Below are positions 16,470 through 26,900 of a stretch of 64,000 nt of DNA, piece by piece (the first letter of the stretch is position 1; each line of letters starts with the position of its first letter). The DNA lies in the NCBI GenBank assembly GCA_965531145.1, contig CBESOE010000004.1:24912-88911 (forward strand). Reading direction: 5' to 3'. This DNA is from an uncultured bacterium. Lineage in GTDB: Bacteria; Acidobacteriota; JAQAZP01. The translations under genes and the position numbers were made by a program. Below the pieces are notes generated by a model that searched no databases, was not told the origin of the DNA, and saw nothing but the letters and a program-made list of their open reading frames with translations.

Positions 16470-17806
16470 TCCGGATTCCCCACCACCACCAGGACGTAGC
16501 GGCCGGCGTCGAGGAAACGGCGACCTGTCTCCAGAGCCGCGGCGGCATCCACATCCTTCAGAGTCTCGATGTGGTCGAGGACGTATCGATCGCCCAGGCC
16601 GAGCATCCGTGCTGAAATCATCATCCCGGCCAGCCCGTCCGGTGTGGCCGAGGCCAGCTCGTAGCTGCCGATCAGGTATTCCCGTGCCTCGGCCAGTTCC
16701 TGCAGGGTGATCCCGTCTTTCAGCAGTCGTTCCAGCTCACGGAGGATCAGGGCGGTGGCGGCATCGGTGCCGGCGCTGGCCGTGGCGGTGGCGATGGTGA
16801 TCGGGCCGGCAGTGAGCCCGGCGCTGGCCGAGGAGTTGATCCCATAGGTCCGGCCCTCCTCCACCCGCACCGCCTGCATCAGCCGCGAGGAGAACCCGCC
16901 ACCACCCAGCACGTAATTGAAGACCTGGAAGCGCTCCCAGTCCGGATCGGTGCGCCGGATTCCGGGCCAGCCGAGAGTGATGCTCGACTGGGTCAGGCCC
17001 TTCATCGAGACTCGGACCACCCGCGGCTTTTCCAGCGTCACCCGTGGCGCCGGGACGGGCGGGAGGAGTTCTCCCGGTTCCCACTTCCCTGCCGTCTCAT
17101 TGACCGCGGCGATAAAACGATCGGACTTGATGTTTCCCACCACCACCAGCTGCGCTCCATCAGTACCGTAATAGCGGGCAAGTCGCTCCCCCGCATCCTT
17201 CAGGCCCGTGCGGCCCAGGGTGCGCCAGGTGGCGTTGCGACCCAGGGGGTGGTCTTCCCCGTACAGTTCGATCATCAACCGGCGACGGGCCACCGCACCG
17301 GGCCTGCTCTCATCCAGTTTCAGCTCCCCGCGCAGGCGATCCCGGGCGCGGGTAAGGTCAGCCTTGTCTATCCGTGGGTCGGCCACGGTCTGCACCAGCA
17401 GTTCCAGAAGCCGTTCGAAATCGGCGGCCAGTCCGCGGATCCAGAAGACCGTGTAATCGTTGGTGACGTAAGCGCCCGTCTGGCCACCCAATGCCTCCAC
17501 CTGGCCCGCACGAACGTCGCTGAGGGTACGGGCCAGCAGCTCGGCCATCCCCTCCTTACCCTGGGGGTCGTGCAGGCGGCCCACCGGCAGGCCCAACCGG
17601 AGGGTCACCAGGGGCAGTTCATCGTATCCGGCAAGTTGGCCGTGCAGCCCGTTCTCCAGATTCACCACGGCGATGATCCCTGACTCGACCATCAGGGCTG
17701 CCGCCGGCACGTCGCTGAACAGGGCCACGCAGACGGGGATGAGGCAGAGCAGCAGACTGCCCACCACCAACCGGCCAGCGTGACTGTTTGACAGGTGCCT
17801 CACCAC
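16466..17806 (-). CDS. M16 family (pitrilysin-like) peptidase, likely non-catalytic partner subunit
   Basis: 446 aa with M16 N/C domain architecture but no HxxEH motif; adjacent to the HxxEH-containing M16 gene; signal/TM at N-terminus. Confidence 0.75.
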   Translation of the reverse strand: MVRHLSNSHAGRLVVGSLLLCLIPVCVALFSDVPAAALMVESGIIAVVNLENGLHGQLAGYDELPLVTLRLGLPVGRLHDPQGKEGMAELLARTLSDVRAGQVEALGGQTGAYVTNDYTVFWIRGLAADFERLLELLVQTVADPRIDKADLTRARDRLRGELKLDESRPGAVARRRLMIELYGEDHPLGRNATWRTLGRTGLKDAGERLARYYGTDGAQLVVVGNIKSDRFIAAVNETAGKWEPGELLPPVPAPRVTLEKPRVVRVSMKGLTQSSITLGWPGIRRTDPDWERFQVFNYVLGGGGFSSRLMQAVRVEEGRTYGINSSASAGLTAGPITIATATASAGTDAATALILRELERLLKDGITLQELAEAREYLIGSYELASATPDGLAGMMISARMLGLGDRYVLDHIETLKDVDAAAALETGRRFLDAGRYVLVVVGNPD

Positions 17807-17807
17807 C

Positions 17808-19247
17808 CTACCTCCCCAGCAGGCTCTTCAGAATCCCGAAGATCCAGTAAGTGAACCGGAACTCATCTGGTTTGATCCAGCCCACCACCGCGTTCTCCTC
17901 CGCCAGGTAGATCGCGGCCACCCGCCGCACGTCCCCGGCGGTCACCGCCTCGATGCGGGCCACGTGGTCCGCGAACCGTTCCGCATCCCCCTCGATCACC
18001 GTTGCCCACCCCAGGGCGCTGGCCGCCCCCTCCGGGCCGGAGAGGCCGAAGAGCCGGCGGACCAGCAACCGGCGGCGGGCCTGCCCAAGCTCGTCTTCCG
18101 GAACATCCTCTTCGCGCAGCCGGCGGACCTCCTCCCACATGGCCCGCTCCACAGTCTTTGATCGCACCGAGGGGAGGAAGACGGCAAAGGCCACCAGGCC
18201 GGAGGGGTCGATGGTGCGCTCGAAAATGGTGTCGACGTAGACCGCCAACCGCTGCTCGCGGACCAGGCTGTTGGTCAGCCGCGCCCGGCTGCCACCGGTG
18301 AGCAGTTCGCGGACAACCTCCAGGGCGGGGTAGTCCGGGTGTGAGGCCTCGGGTGTATGAAAACCGAGGCCCACCACCGGTACCTCCACCGGCAGTTCCA
18401 GGGTGTGGCGGGCCAGTTCCTCACCATAGGGCTCCGGTGTTGGCGACGGGCGCTCCAGTGCCGCGCCCACCGGCACCGGCCCGAAGTGGCGGCGAACCAG
18501 TTGCTCGACTTCGAGCTTGTCCACACTCCCGGCCACCACCAGCACCGCATTGCCCGGCTGGTAGTAGCGGTGGTAGAAGTCGCGGCACTGCTCCACGGTG
18601 AAGCTGTTCAGCTGCTCGGCATCACCCAGCACATCGTGGCGGTAGGAGTGGACGGTGAAGAAGAGTTTCTTGTACCAGGAATAGGCAGCGCCCAGCTGGT
18701 CGTTCTCCATCCGCAGCCGCAGTTCCTCCAGCACCACTTGGCGCTCGGTATCCAGCATCCCGGCGTCCAGGGCCAAATTGGCCATGCGATCCGCTTCCAG
18801 CTCCAGGGCCAGTTCCAGGCGCTGCGCCGGCAGGGTCTCGTGGTAAACGGTGACGTCCTCGCTGGTCCAGGCGTTGCTCCGCCCCCCCACCGCCTGGATC
18901 CGGCGGATGAACTCCTCGGGGCCCACCGTGTCGGTCCCGCGAAACATCATGTGTTCGAAGAGGTGGGCCAGGCCGTGCTCACCCTCCCCCTCGTCCCGGC
19001 CGCCCACGCGGTACCAGACCTGCACCGCCACCGCCCCGGAAGATTCGTCGGGAAGCACGAGGACTTCGAGGCCGTTATCCAGAGTGAAGGTATGGAGGGG
19101 ATCGCAGAACGCTGGTGGGACAACAGCACAGGCAAGAAGGAGGGAGAGAAGAAGAAAAAATCGGGGACAGGCACCGCTGCCCTTCGGGAATCGTTGCCAG
19201 TCCCCATTTTTTCCAGTCCCCATTTTTGACAACGAAAAGGCCGTCAT
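17808..19247 (-). CDS. M16 family zinc metallopeptidase (insulinase-like), catalytic subunit
   Basis: Inverted zinc motif HLFEHMMFRG (HxxEH); signal peptide ...PRFFLLLSLLLACAVVPPAF; GAGG-type RBS before ATG at 19247. Confidence 0.85.
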   Translation of the reverse strand: MTAFSLSKMGTGKNGDWQRFPKGSGACPRFFLLLSLLLACAVVPPAFCDPLHTFTLDNGLEVLVLPDESSGAVAVQVWYRVGGRDEGEGEHGLAHLFEHMMFRGTDTVGPEEFIRRIQAVGGRSNAWTSEDVTVYHETLPAQRLELALELEADRMANLALDAGMLDTERQVVLEELRLRMENDQLGAAYSWYKKLFFTVHSYRHDVLGDAEQLNSFTVEQCRDFYHRYYQPGNAVLVVAGSVDKLEVEQLVRRHFGPVPVGAALERPSPTPEPYGEELARHTLELPVEVPVVGLGFHTPEASHPDYPALEVVRELLTGGSRARLTNSLVREQRLAVYVDTIFERTIDPSGLVAFAVFLPSVRSKTVERAMWEEVRRLREEDVPEDELGQARRRLLVRRLFGLSGPEGAASALGWATVIEGDAERFADHVARIEAVTAGDVRRVAAIYLAEENAVVGWIKPDEFRFTYWIFGILKSLLGR

Positions 19248-19275
19248 TGGGCCTCAGATCCAGGTTTAACCGCTT

Positions 19276-19719
19276 CTATGCGATCTCCACCAGCTCGATA
19301 TCGAAGGTCAGATCCTTGCCGGCCAGCGGGTGGTTGGCATCAAGGGTCACCTCGTCGTCGGTGATCCCGGTGATGGTGAAGTTCACCCGGTGCGCATCAC
19401 CCTCGCCCTCGGCTTCGGACCGGCCCTCCAGCTGGCGACCCAGTTTCAGCTCCAGGCCCTCGGGCATCTCCGAACGTTTGGCCTTGATCACCATCTCGTC
19501 ACGGTGCGGGCCGTAGGCCTGGTCCGAGGTGATTTCCACGGTGCGGGTGTCGCCCACGGCAAGGCCTTCCACCGCTTTCTCGAACCCGGGGATGACCTCG
19601 CTCTTGCCCAGGGTGAAGGAGAGCGGATCGCTCCCCTTGCTGGTATCGAACTCCTTGCCGTCGGCCATTCTCCCGGTATAGTGGATCTTGACCGCGTCGC
19701 CGCTCTTTGCTTTGCTCAT
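19276..19719 (-). CDS. FKBP-type peptidyl-prolyl cis-trans isomerase (SlyD/FkpB-like)
   Basis: Start at MSKAKSGDAVKIHYTGRMADGKEFDTSKGSDPLSFTLGKSEVIPGFEKAVEGLAVGD (FKBP signature) inside track ORF 19276..19839; C-terminal insert-in-flap-like region. Confidence 0.85.
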   Translation of the reverse strand: MSKAKSGDAVKIHYTGRMADGKEFDTSKGSDPLSFTLGKSEVIPGFEKAVEGLAVGDTRTVEITSDQAYGPHRDEMVIKAKRSEMPEGLELKLGRQLEGRSEAEGEGDAHRVNFTITGITDDEVTLDANHPLAGKDLTFDIELVEIA

Positions 19720-19828
19720 ACACTTGTTTTCCGGCCGGGTCCTTCGCCCGGCAGCGGAACACTCCTCATGGTTATGTGAGTACACCTTCAGATCTTGTCC
19801 GAGCCCCGAATCGGGCCCGTAACCGGTG

Positions 19829-20623
19829 TTACTTGACAAATATTTCGACTTTCTCCATCACGTCGCCCTGGCCCCGCTGGGTCCGGGGGTCGACGATCAT
19901 CAGGGTGTCCACCACGCTCAACCCGCGGACGATCACGCCGAAGGCAGTGTGCTTGCCGTTGAGCCCCTTGAACGCCTGTTTGCCGGTAACCAGGAAAAAC
20001 TGGCTGGTGTTGGTGTTGGGGCCGGCGTTGGCCATGGCGATCACGCCCCGCTCCACCTTCAGGGAGGGCAGCGAGTTGTCGAACTTGTAGCCCAGCGCGG
20101 TGTAGAACTCCTCCACCGAGCGGTCGCCAAAAGTCTGCAGCTGTTCCCGGTTGGGAGGCGGAATGATGAAATTGGCCTTCTTCACCGTAATCTTGTCCAG
20201 CCCCAGGGCGGTGGCGCTGATCTCGTTGGGATAGTGGTAGGGGCCGTTGCTGATCCCGGGCAGGATGCCACCCTGGGCCATGAAGCCCTCGATCACCCGG
20301 TGGAACTTGCTGCCGTCGTAAAGGCCGTTGCGCGCCAGGTTGATGAAGCTGGTCACGGTGTACGGCGCGGCCGCCACGTCAAACTTGATGGTGATCGGGC
20401 CCTTGGTGGTGGTGATCACCGCAAAGTATTCTTTGGCCGGATCCACTTCGGGGCCGGCGGGCTTGGAGATCATGCTCCCCGACTTGGCCAGTTTCTCCGC
20501 CCCCTCGGGCACACCCGGTGCCGGGCCTTCGCCTGCCGGCGCCGCGCAGCAGACCAGCAGGGCCAGGATGGCGGTCAGGGCGATACGATTGACATGACTG
20601 TTGGTATTCATCCTCTGGAACAT
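19829..20623 (-). CDS. Secreted cyclophilin-type peptidyl-prolyl cis-trans isomerase
   Basis: Signal peptide MFQRMNTNSHVNRIALTAILALLVCCAAPA; cyclophilin motifs ...FHRVIEGFMAQGG...GVIAMANAGPNTNTSQFFLV...HTAFGVIVRG. The + ORF 19826..22243 (805 aa) is antisense artefact. Confidence 0.85.
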   Translation of the reverse strand: MFQRMNTNSHVNRIALTAILALLVCCAAPAGEGPAPGVPEGAEKLAKSGSMISKPAGPEVDPAKEYFAVITTTKGPITIKFDVAAAPYTVTSFINLARNGLYDGSKFHRVIEGFMAQGGILPGISNGPYHYPNEISATALGLDKITVKKANFIIPPPNREQLQTFGDRSVEEFYTALGYKFDNSLPSLKVERGVIAMANAGPNTNTSQFFLVTGKQAFKGLNGKHTAFGVIVRGLSVVDTLMIVDPRTQRGQGDVMEKVEIFVK

Positions 20624-20695
20624 TCTTCGAAAACTCCTTTTGCTCGAATCACCGCACCCCCGGGTCGTCCGGGGATCGGGTTTGCAATAGCGAAA

Positions 20696-20715
20696 GACCG
20701 GCCCCGGGGCCGGTC
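20696..20715 (-). terminator. Candidate intrinsic terminator after the repeat/PEGA/VCBS gene
   Basis: Perfect 20-bp GC palindrome GACCGGCCCCGGGGCCGGTC; on the minus strand it is followed by TTTCGCTATT. A second hairpin CCCCGGgtcgtCCGGGG lies at 20656-20672. Confidence 0.45.
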
Positions 20716-20728
20716 CGGACTTTATGCC

Positions 20729-23548
20729 TCACTCCGCGCCCTGCTTTCCGGCGGGCGTCTCGGGTACCATACCCGGCACGAACCATACCTCACCATCGGC
20801 GTTGCCCGCCAGCAAATCCGGCAGGCCGTCATGGTTGAAATCCACCACGCAGGGCACCGGGTCCGGGCCCAGGTAGAGCGTGCCCCGCTCGTAGGTCACC
20901 GGCTCGGCGGCCCCGAAGTTGCCCTCACCGGACTGCTGCCCCCTCTGGTTGAGGAAGAGGTAGAGACTGCCCTGGGCCGTCCCCAGCATGATATCCGGCA
21001 GAGCGTCCCCGTTCCAGTCGGAAACGGCAAACGGCGCCGCGCCGCCGTCCACCCGGCCGGGGTCGGGAGAGGCGTCGAAAACCACCCGCGCCGGCTCCAG
21101 CACGGGGTTGCTGTCCTCGCCCCGGTTGCGGTAGAGCAGTACCTGGCCCGACGCGCTGCCGCAGAGCAGATCCTTGCGCCCGTCTCCGTCCCAGTCCACC
21201 ACCACCGGGCAGGCATCCTCGCCAAGATCGATCTCCCGCGACCCGCAAGAGAGGTAGTGTCCCTCGTCGTATGCCGGCACAGTGCCGGAGCCCAGGTTGC
21301 GGAACAGGGTGAGGTAGCCGATGCCGTCCCCCACCAGCAGGTCCTCCCGGCCGTCGTTGTCCCAGTCCACCGGGAAGGGCGAGGAGAAGCTCTCCACCGC
21401 GTTCTCCAGCCGAAGACCGGGCTCGAAGCGCTGCCCCTCCGCTGCCGGATCACGGCGGAAAAGGGTCAGAAAGCCGAAGCGGTCCCCGCAGATGATGTCG
21501 TAGAAACCGTCGCCGTCGTAGTCCACTACCCGGGGCACACAGGCCCGGTCCACCACCAGCGGCCGGCCGGTGGTGTCGGTGAGCAACTCGGGGATGCCGA
21601 GGGAGAACGGCTCAAAGGGTGTCAGGGAGACCGAAAGGCTGCCGATCGAGCCCTCGGGCACCACCACGGTCTGGATCCGCTCGGCATAGCCGGGCGCGAT
21701 CACCCGCAGGCGGTGCACCCCGGCAGGAAGATCCTCCAGCTCCAGGGGCGTGGCGCCAAGGTAGCGTCCGCGGTAGGTCAGGCTTCCGTCGATGTAGACG
21801 TGGGCCCCGTCCGGGTTGGTGGTCACCGAAAGCGACCCGCCGTTGAGGCCGAACCGCTCGGCGGTTTCCGCCGGAGACTCCTCCACCAGCGAGCCCACCC
21901 GGCCGCCCACAATGTTGGAGAGCATACGGTCCATGGCCGAGGCGGGCATGCTCACCCTGCCGCCGCCCACGGCCTGGCCTTCCAGGGTTTTCATCGGCTC
22001 ACCGGCATCGCCGGCAGCCGGCAGTTCGGGTTGCTCTGCGGGCGGTGGCTCCGGCGTGTCCGGAACCTGGCGGGACTCGATCTCGCAGCTGACACCCTGG
22101 ACTCCCCACCAGTAGCGGTTGGGCGGGTTGAAGGCCGCGGAGAATGTCAGTGTGTTCAGCCCCTGGTCCGCCACCACGGTGTCGTCCACCCGGAGCACCT
22201 GCTCGCGGCTCCACTCCTGGTCGCCGGTGAGCGGCCCGTATGACCGGAGCAGGGTGCCGTTGAGCAGCACCTCCAGTTCGCCGGCGGTATCGATATCCCA
22301 CAGTTGGAAACGGAGCACCGCGTCCCCGGGAGCGCCGGGGAAAGTGAAGGAGGCCCGCTGTTCGTGCTCCATGTCACCGCCGCCGTCCATCCGGCCCAGC
22401 GGCCCGGACCAGGGAAGCGGACGGGCGGGCAGCACGCTGCGCACGCCCCAGATGTAGCGGTGCGGAGGGTTGTAGGTGTTGCGGAAGACCAGCCGGTTGG
22501 GCTGGCCGGGCTGCAGCAGGCCACGGGGCAGGACAAGATGCTGGGTCCGGCTCCAGGCGTCGTCGGAAACGCCGGGCCCCAGCGTCCGCACCACAGAGCC
22601 GTTGAGGCTGATCTCCAGCTCGCCGGGGGAATCGATGTCATAGGCCTGAAAGGTGATCACCTGATCGGCGGAACCCTCGGGGGTGAACTGGTAGGCCACA
22701 CTGGAGACGTTGCCCGCGGGCAGGCCCCGGGCGTTGCCGTAGGCCCGGAGGCTGGGCAACGGGATGGCCTGGCCCACCGCCACCCGGTTCACCCCCCAGA
22801 GGAGGTTCTGCCGCGGTTCCTCGGGATTCCAGAAACAGACCGTATTGGGCCGCCCGGCCAGCAGCAATTCTGCCGGAATGGTCCGGGACCGCAGGGAACT
22901 CCAGTTGTTGTTTCCCGGCACGGGGTCGGCCTGGGCCATTCGCCTGCCGTTGACCAGGATTTCCACCTCGCCCCGATAGTCCACGTCGAAAAGCCGGTAG
23001 GTCAGCACCGTGTCGGTTAAACCGGGCTCGGGGGTGAAGCGGAAGACCGCGGCCGGGATCTCCGGCGCGCCCACCTCCAGGTCGCCGGCCACCATCTCGC
23101 CGGCGGGGAGCGGCAGGGCATCGGCGGCGAGGATATCCACACCCCAGGGGTAGCGCTGGCCCGGTGGAGCGTTGTTGCGAAACACCAGCACGCCCCGACG
23201 GCCGGCCAACCGCTCCGCCGAAATCGGCGCTGAAAGAACCTCACCCCACTGCTCGTTACCGGTGGGCGGGATGGTGATCAGTGGTTTTCCATCCAGCAGC
23301 AGATCCAGTTCACCGGGGTAGTCCACGTCCCAGACGCGGAAGGTGATCACCCGTTCACGCCCCGGCTCCGCCGGCCCCACCGGGAAAGCCAGCATGGGCG
23401 ACCAGGAGTCGAAAGCCCGGGTGAACCGTACCTGCAGCTGTTCGGGAAATCCCCGTTCCGGCGAGGCCGGCACGGCCATGGCTGAGGGGCAGGTATAGGC
23501 CAGGCAGAGCAGCGCGGCGATCACCGCCAAGCCGGGCAGCCGCTCCAT
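20729..23548 (-). CDS. Large secreted protein: 4 x ~115-aa novel N-terminal repeats, a PEGA domain, and C-terminal VCBS/FG-GAP-like repeats
   Basis: Start at MERLPGLAVIAALLCLAYTCPSAMA (signal peptide) inside track ORF 20729..23770. Repeats ITFRVWDVDYPGELDLLLDG / LTYRLFDVDYRGEVEILVNG / ITFQAYDIDSPGELEISLNG / LRFQLWDIDTAGELEVLLNG. PEGA-like segment VTTNPDGAHVYIDGSLTYRGRYLGATPLELEDLPAGVHRLRVIAPGY. VCBS-like VVDYDGDGFYDIICG, PVDWDNDGREDLLVGD, VVDWDGDGRKDLLCGS, VVDFNHDGLPDLLAGN. Confidence 0.75.
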   Translation of the reverse strand: MERLPGLAVIAALLCLAYTCPSAMAVPASPERGFPEQLQVRFTRAFDSWSPMLAFPVGPAEPGRERVITFRVWDVDYPGELDLLLDGKPLITIPPTGNEQWGEVLSAPISAERLAGRRGVLVFRNNAPPGQRYPWGVDILAADALPLPAGEMVAGDLEVGAPEIPAAVFRFTPEPGLTDTVLTYRLFDVDYRGEVEILVNGRRMAQADPVPGNNNWSSLRSRTIPAELLLAGRPNTVCFWNPEEPRQNLLWGVNRVAVGQAIPLPSLRAYGNARGLPAGNVSSVAYQFTPEGSADQVITFQAYDIDSPGELEISLNGSVVRTLGPGVSDDAWSRTQHLVLPRGLLQPGQPNRLVFRNTYNPPHRYIWGVRSVLPARPLPWSGPLGRMDGGGDMEHEQRASFTFPGAPGDAVLRFQLWDIDTAGELEVLLNGTLLRSYGPLTGDQEWSREQVLRVDDTVVADQGLNTLTFSAAFNPPNRYWWGVQGVSCEIESRQVPDTPEPPPAEQPELPAAGDAGEPMKTLEGQAVGGGRVSMPASAMDRMLSNIVGGRVGSLVEESPAETAERFGLNGGSLSVTTNPDGAHVYIDGSLTYRGRYLGATPLELEDLPAGVHRLRVIAPGYAERIQTVVVPEGSIGSLSVSLTPFEPFSLGIPELLTDTTGRPLVVDRACVPRVVDYDGDGFYDIICGDRFGFLTLFRRDPAAEGQRFEPGLRLENAVESFSSPFPVDWDNDGREDLLVGDGIGYLTLFRNLGSGTVPAYDEGHYLSCGSREIDLGEDACPVVVDWDGDGRKDLLCGSASGQVLLYRNRGEDSNPVLEPARVVFDASPDPGRVDGGAAPFAVSDWNGDALPDIMLGTAQGSLYLFLNQRGQQSGEGNFGAAEPVTYERGTLYLGPDPVPCVVDFNHDGLPDLLAGNADGEVWFVPGMVPETPAGKQGAE

Positions 23549-23911
23549 ACCGCGACCCCGCTTCACGCGCTGCGGGCGGTGCCTGTGGTACACGATTTTC
23601 ACGTCAGCCATGCTCTCATACTCGAACAGCGTTCCGACGCTGTCACCCGGTGAAACCACCAATTCTTCCTGACGATGAGTAAGTACAAAGTCAAGTTTGC
23701 CCCGATTCGGCATCCGGTGCAAGCCGCAGCGCCACCAGGACCGTGACAAAACCATGACAAAATCAGTCAATTATTCCTGGCGAACCGGCTACAATAAACC
23801 TATATATGAAAACAGCCGCACCAAATGCCTTGCCAGAAAACCGAGTACTGATTCACGCGGGGTGGTAAGCTTTTTATAAGCCTTGCCTGCCGCCCAGGAT
23901 GGGGGCCACCC

Positions 23912-26900
23912 ATGAACAGGCATCCTGCACCACCGACCGGAATTTCTCGCAACAGACTCATCATCGTCGCGGCAACGGTCTGCCTGCTGCTCACCGCACC
24001 GGCCCTTGCCGGCAGTGACATTCCACTGATGGAAGTCCCGGGCGGAATGGGCTCGGTGAGCCGATTGCTGGGTCATGCCACGGAAACAACGGACGGCTTT
24101 GCCCGCAGCGTCAACCGTATCCTCCTCGAGGTGGTCCGGCCGGACAACGACTGGCAGGAGCACGAGGAGCGTGCCCTGCTCTCCGCCTACATCACCACCG
24201 TCCGCGAACTGGAGGCGAGCTACGGGCCGCGTATCGAACTCTCACCCGCCACCGGCCAGGGCCGGCGCGAGTTCACCCGGCTGGCCGCCCTCTGCGGTTA
24301 TGCGGTACATCGCAAACGGGGCCGGCTGGTCTGTACCCAGCGCGGCGGCCCCAACCCGCTGCACCGTCGCCGCACCGCACTGGCCCTGGGCTGGGACCTG
24401 GCCGGCGAAGCGGAAAAACTGGACGCCGGCGAGACGGTGGTGCTGGAGTTTAAAAATGATCAGGCCAAAGCGCCTCTCGACTTCACCACCTGGGCCTCGA
24501 TCACCGGACGGCCGGTGGACAGCAGCACGGCGTTCCTGGAACTGGCCCGTGACCAGCGGCTGGGACTGGTGATCGAGGGGCTGCACCAGGTGACCGACGA
24601 GACCGGGGACTTCTTCCGCAACGGGCAGCTTACCTGGGTCTATGACGATGCCCCCGCCCCCTTCTACCGCTACTCCGCCCAGCTGGAGTTGCGGCAGGGG
24701 TCGCTGGTGGTGCCCGGCGGCAGCGGCGCCGAGTCAGGCTGGTCCGAACTGCTGGGGGTTCCGGTATCCGATACCGTCCCCTTCATCCGCGCCCTGCTCT
24801 GCACGGAAGACGCCCGGGGAGCCTACCTCTGGCAGCTGCTCTCCACGGTTCCCCCCGAGGTGCTGGACGAACTGGCCTCCACCGGTCTGGACCAGGCACC
24901 GTCCTGGACGGTGCGGCTGGAGAAGATGTACCAGCGGCTGGGTGAGGAATCGGACCGGTTGGCCTTTGCCCGGCCGCGGGCCCCCGGCTTTGGTATCGGC
25001 GACTGGGAGGTGCTGGGGCTGGTCTTCCCTGAAGGGCCCGGAGAGGAGTGGGACGGTGAGGAGCCCATCGCCAGGATCGTTCGCGCCTCGGGTTTTGCCG
25101 CCGGCTGCTCCGGCCAGGGGCTGCTCACCGACACCCGGGCTGATCTGCCGCTGCTGCTGCAGGCTGAAGACCGGACACCAATGGCCCTCCACACCCTGGA
25201 GAGCCTCTGCATCTCCGACCCGCTGCTGCTGCGCGATTACCTGGAGCTGGTGGACCAGATGGACCGCCGCACCTCGGCCCGCGGCAAGCCGTGGCCGGCG
25301 GAGAACTTCCAGGGCGGAGTGGTGCTGCTGCGGATCCTCGCCGAAGCCGGCTGGGTGGGACATGCCTTCATCGAAGACCGGTTGCGGGACTGGGTCGACA
25401 TCCACCGCCAGGCGGCACGGCCGGAGGAGGTCGGCTCGGCCCAGCTGCAGTGGCTGGCCGGTCTGCTCACCGATCTCCCTGCCATCAGCGACGATGCACC
25501 GGGCCGCGGTGAACGGGAACGGGCCTTCATCGCCTCGCTGATCAGACGTCGCGACCCCCAGGCCTTCCACTGGCGTGGCCTCGACTACCGGGGTGAGCGG
25601 GGCCGGGACCTGGCGGCTACCATGGCCCGCAGGATGGTGGACCAGCGGATTCCCTGCCCCGACCAGGTGGTGGAGATCGCCGCCCAGCTGTCCCGGTTGT
25701 CCGAGGCCTGCCGCACGGGAGATCTGGAGCGATCCCGGCGCATCGCCACGACCCTGGGCAGCCGCATCTCCGCCCTGCCCTACCCCCATTCTGAACCGCT
25801 GCCGGGACAGCCGAACACCGACGCCAGTCTGCTGCCCCTGGAGCGGAAAAAAATACTCAAACGGCTCACCGCCATCCGTGAAAACCGCGACCCCGGACGT
25901 CTGAGAGCCATGGCCCGGGCGGCGGAAGCGGCGGCGCGAATGATGGGCCCGGAGATCCGGCCGCTGTTCATCTGTCCGGCCTACCTCGAGGCCATGGGCG
26001 AGAAGGACCACTTCCTCTTTGCCGACCGGAACCTGATCCGGCGGCACGCGGTCAGTTCCGCCTGGGGGACCAAAGACCACCCGGTGACCCCGTGGCGCGC
26101 GGCCACGGTGATCCCGGCGGCGCACTCCGATCACGGAACCCACATTGCCGGCCACCTCACCGGCGTTCCGGCGGCCATGGCCGCGGTGCTCTCGGTGGGC
26201 AGCGATTCGGCGGCCGGGACCAGCAGGGCGTTCGCCCGTCTGGAACCGGCGTGGTACGAGAACGCGGTGACCACACCCTGGCACCGGATCACGCCCGAGC
26301 TGTCGCGCTTTGTCTCCGCGGCCCTGGTGGCCGGGGACCAGCTGATCAACAACGCCCTGGCCGATGGCGGGGCCAGCCAGGCGCTGAACCCGGTGCGCCT
26401 CTTCGTCCCCCCGGCCCGCCTGCAGCAGGAGGCCCGGCGGCTTCGCGAGGGCGACAACGGAACATCGCTGATCTCCACCAGCGAGCGCTTCATGGCCGGC
26501 CTGGCCGTGGCGGAGAACGGCCCGCTCACCGCGGCGGTCTGGGGCATCCCCACCGGCCTCTGCCAGGAACTGGAAACTTCACGCGTGCTGCTGGGCAGCG
26601 ACTGGCGGCGGCTGGTGGACGAGGCCGGCGCCCCCACCCCGGCGATCAACGGCCGGGGCCGGGCCTGGGTGGGCTACTGGCCGTCGTATGAATCCCTGGT
26701 GCGCAACGGCCCGGTGGAGCGGCTCCGGGAGCGACAGCTGATCGACCTTCGACTATTGGTGATCGACTACCTGGGCCGCAACCACCTGCCCGGCGAGGTG
26801 GGTGCCGACCTGTTCACCGATCTCCTCTTTGCCGTGCCGCGGGAACTGCTGATGGAAACGGCCCGTGACTGGGAAGGATTCCTCGCCTGGACCGCCATGC

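Noticed and set aside
19826-22243. 805-aa + strand ORF spanning the cyclophilin and repeat-protein loci
   Set aside because: Antisense to two well-supported minus-strand genes; composition (A/G/V/R/H-rich, no motifs) typical of GC-rich antisense frames.
26050-26260. Subtilase-like motifs HSDHGTHIAG and SAAGTSRAF in the 1019-aa hypothetical protein
   Set aside because: The His-like and Ser-like motifs are only ~35 residues apart (about 150 in genuine S8 peptidases) and no DTG Asp motif precedes them; judged coincidental.
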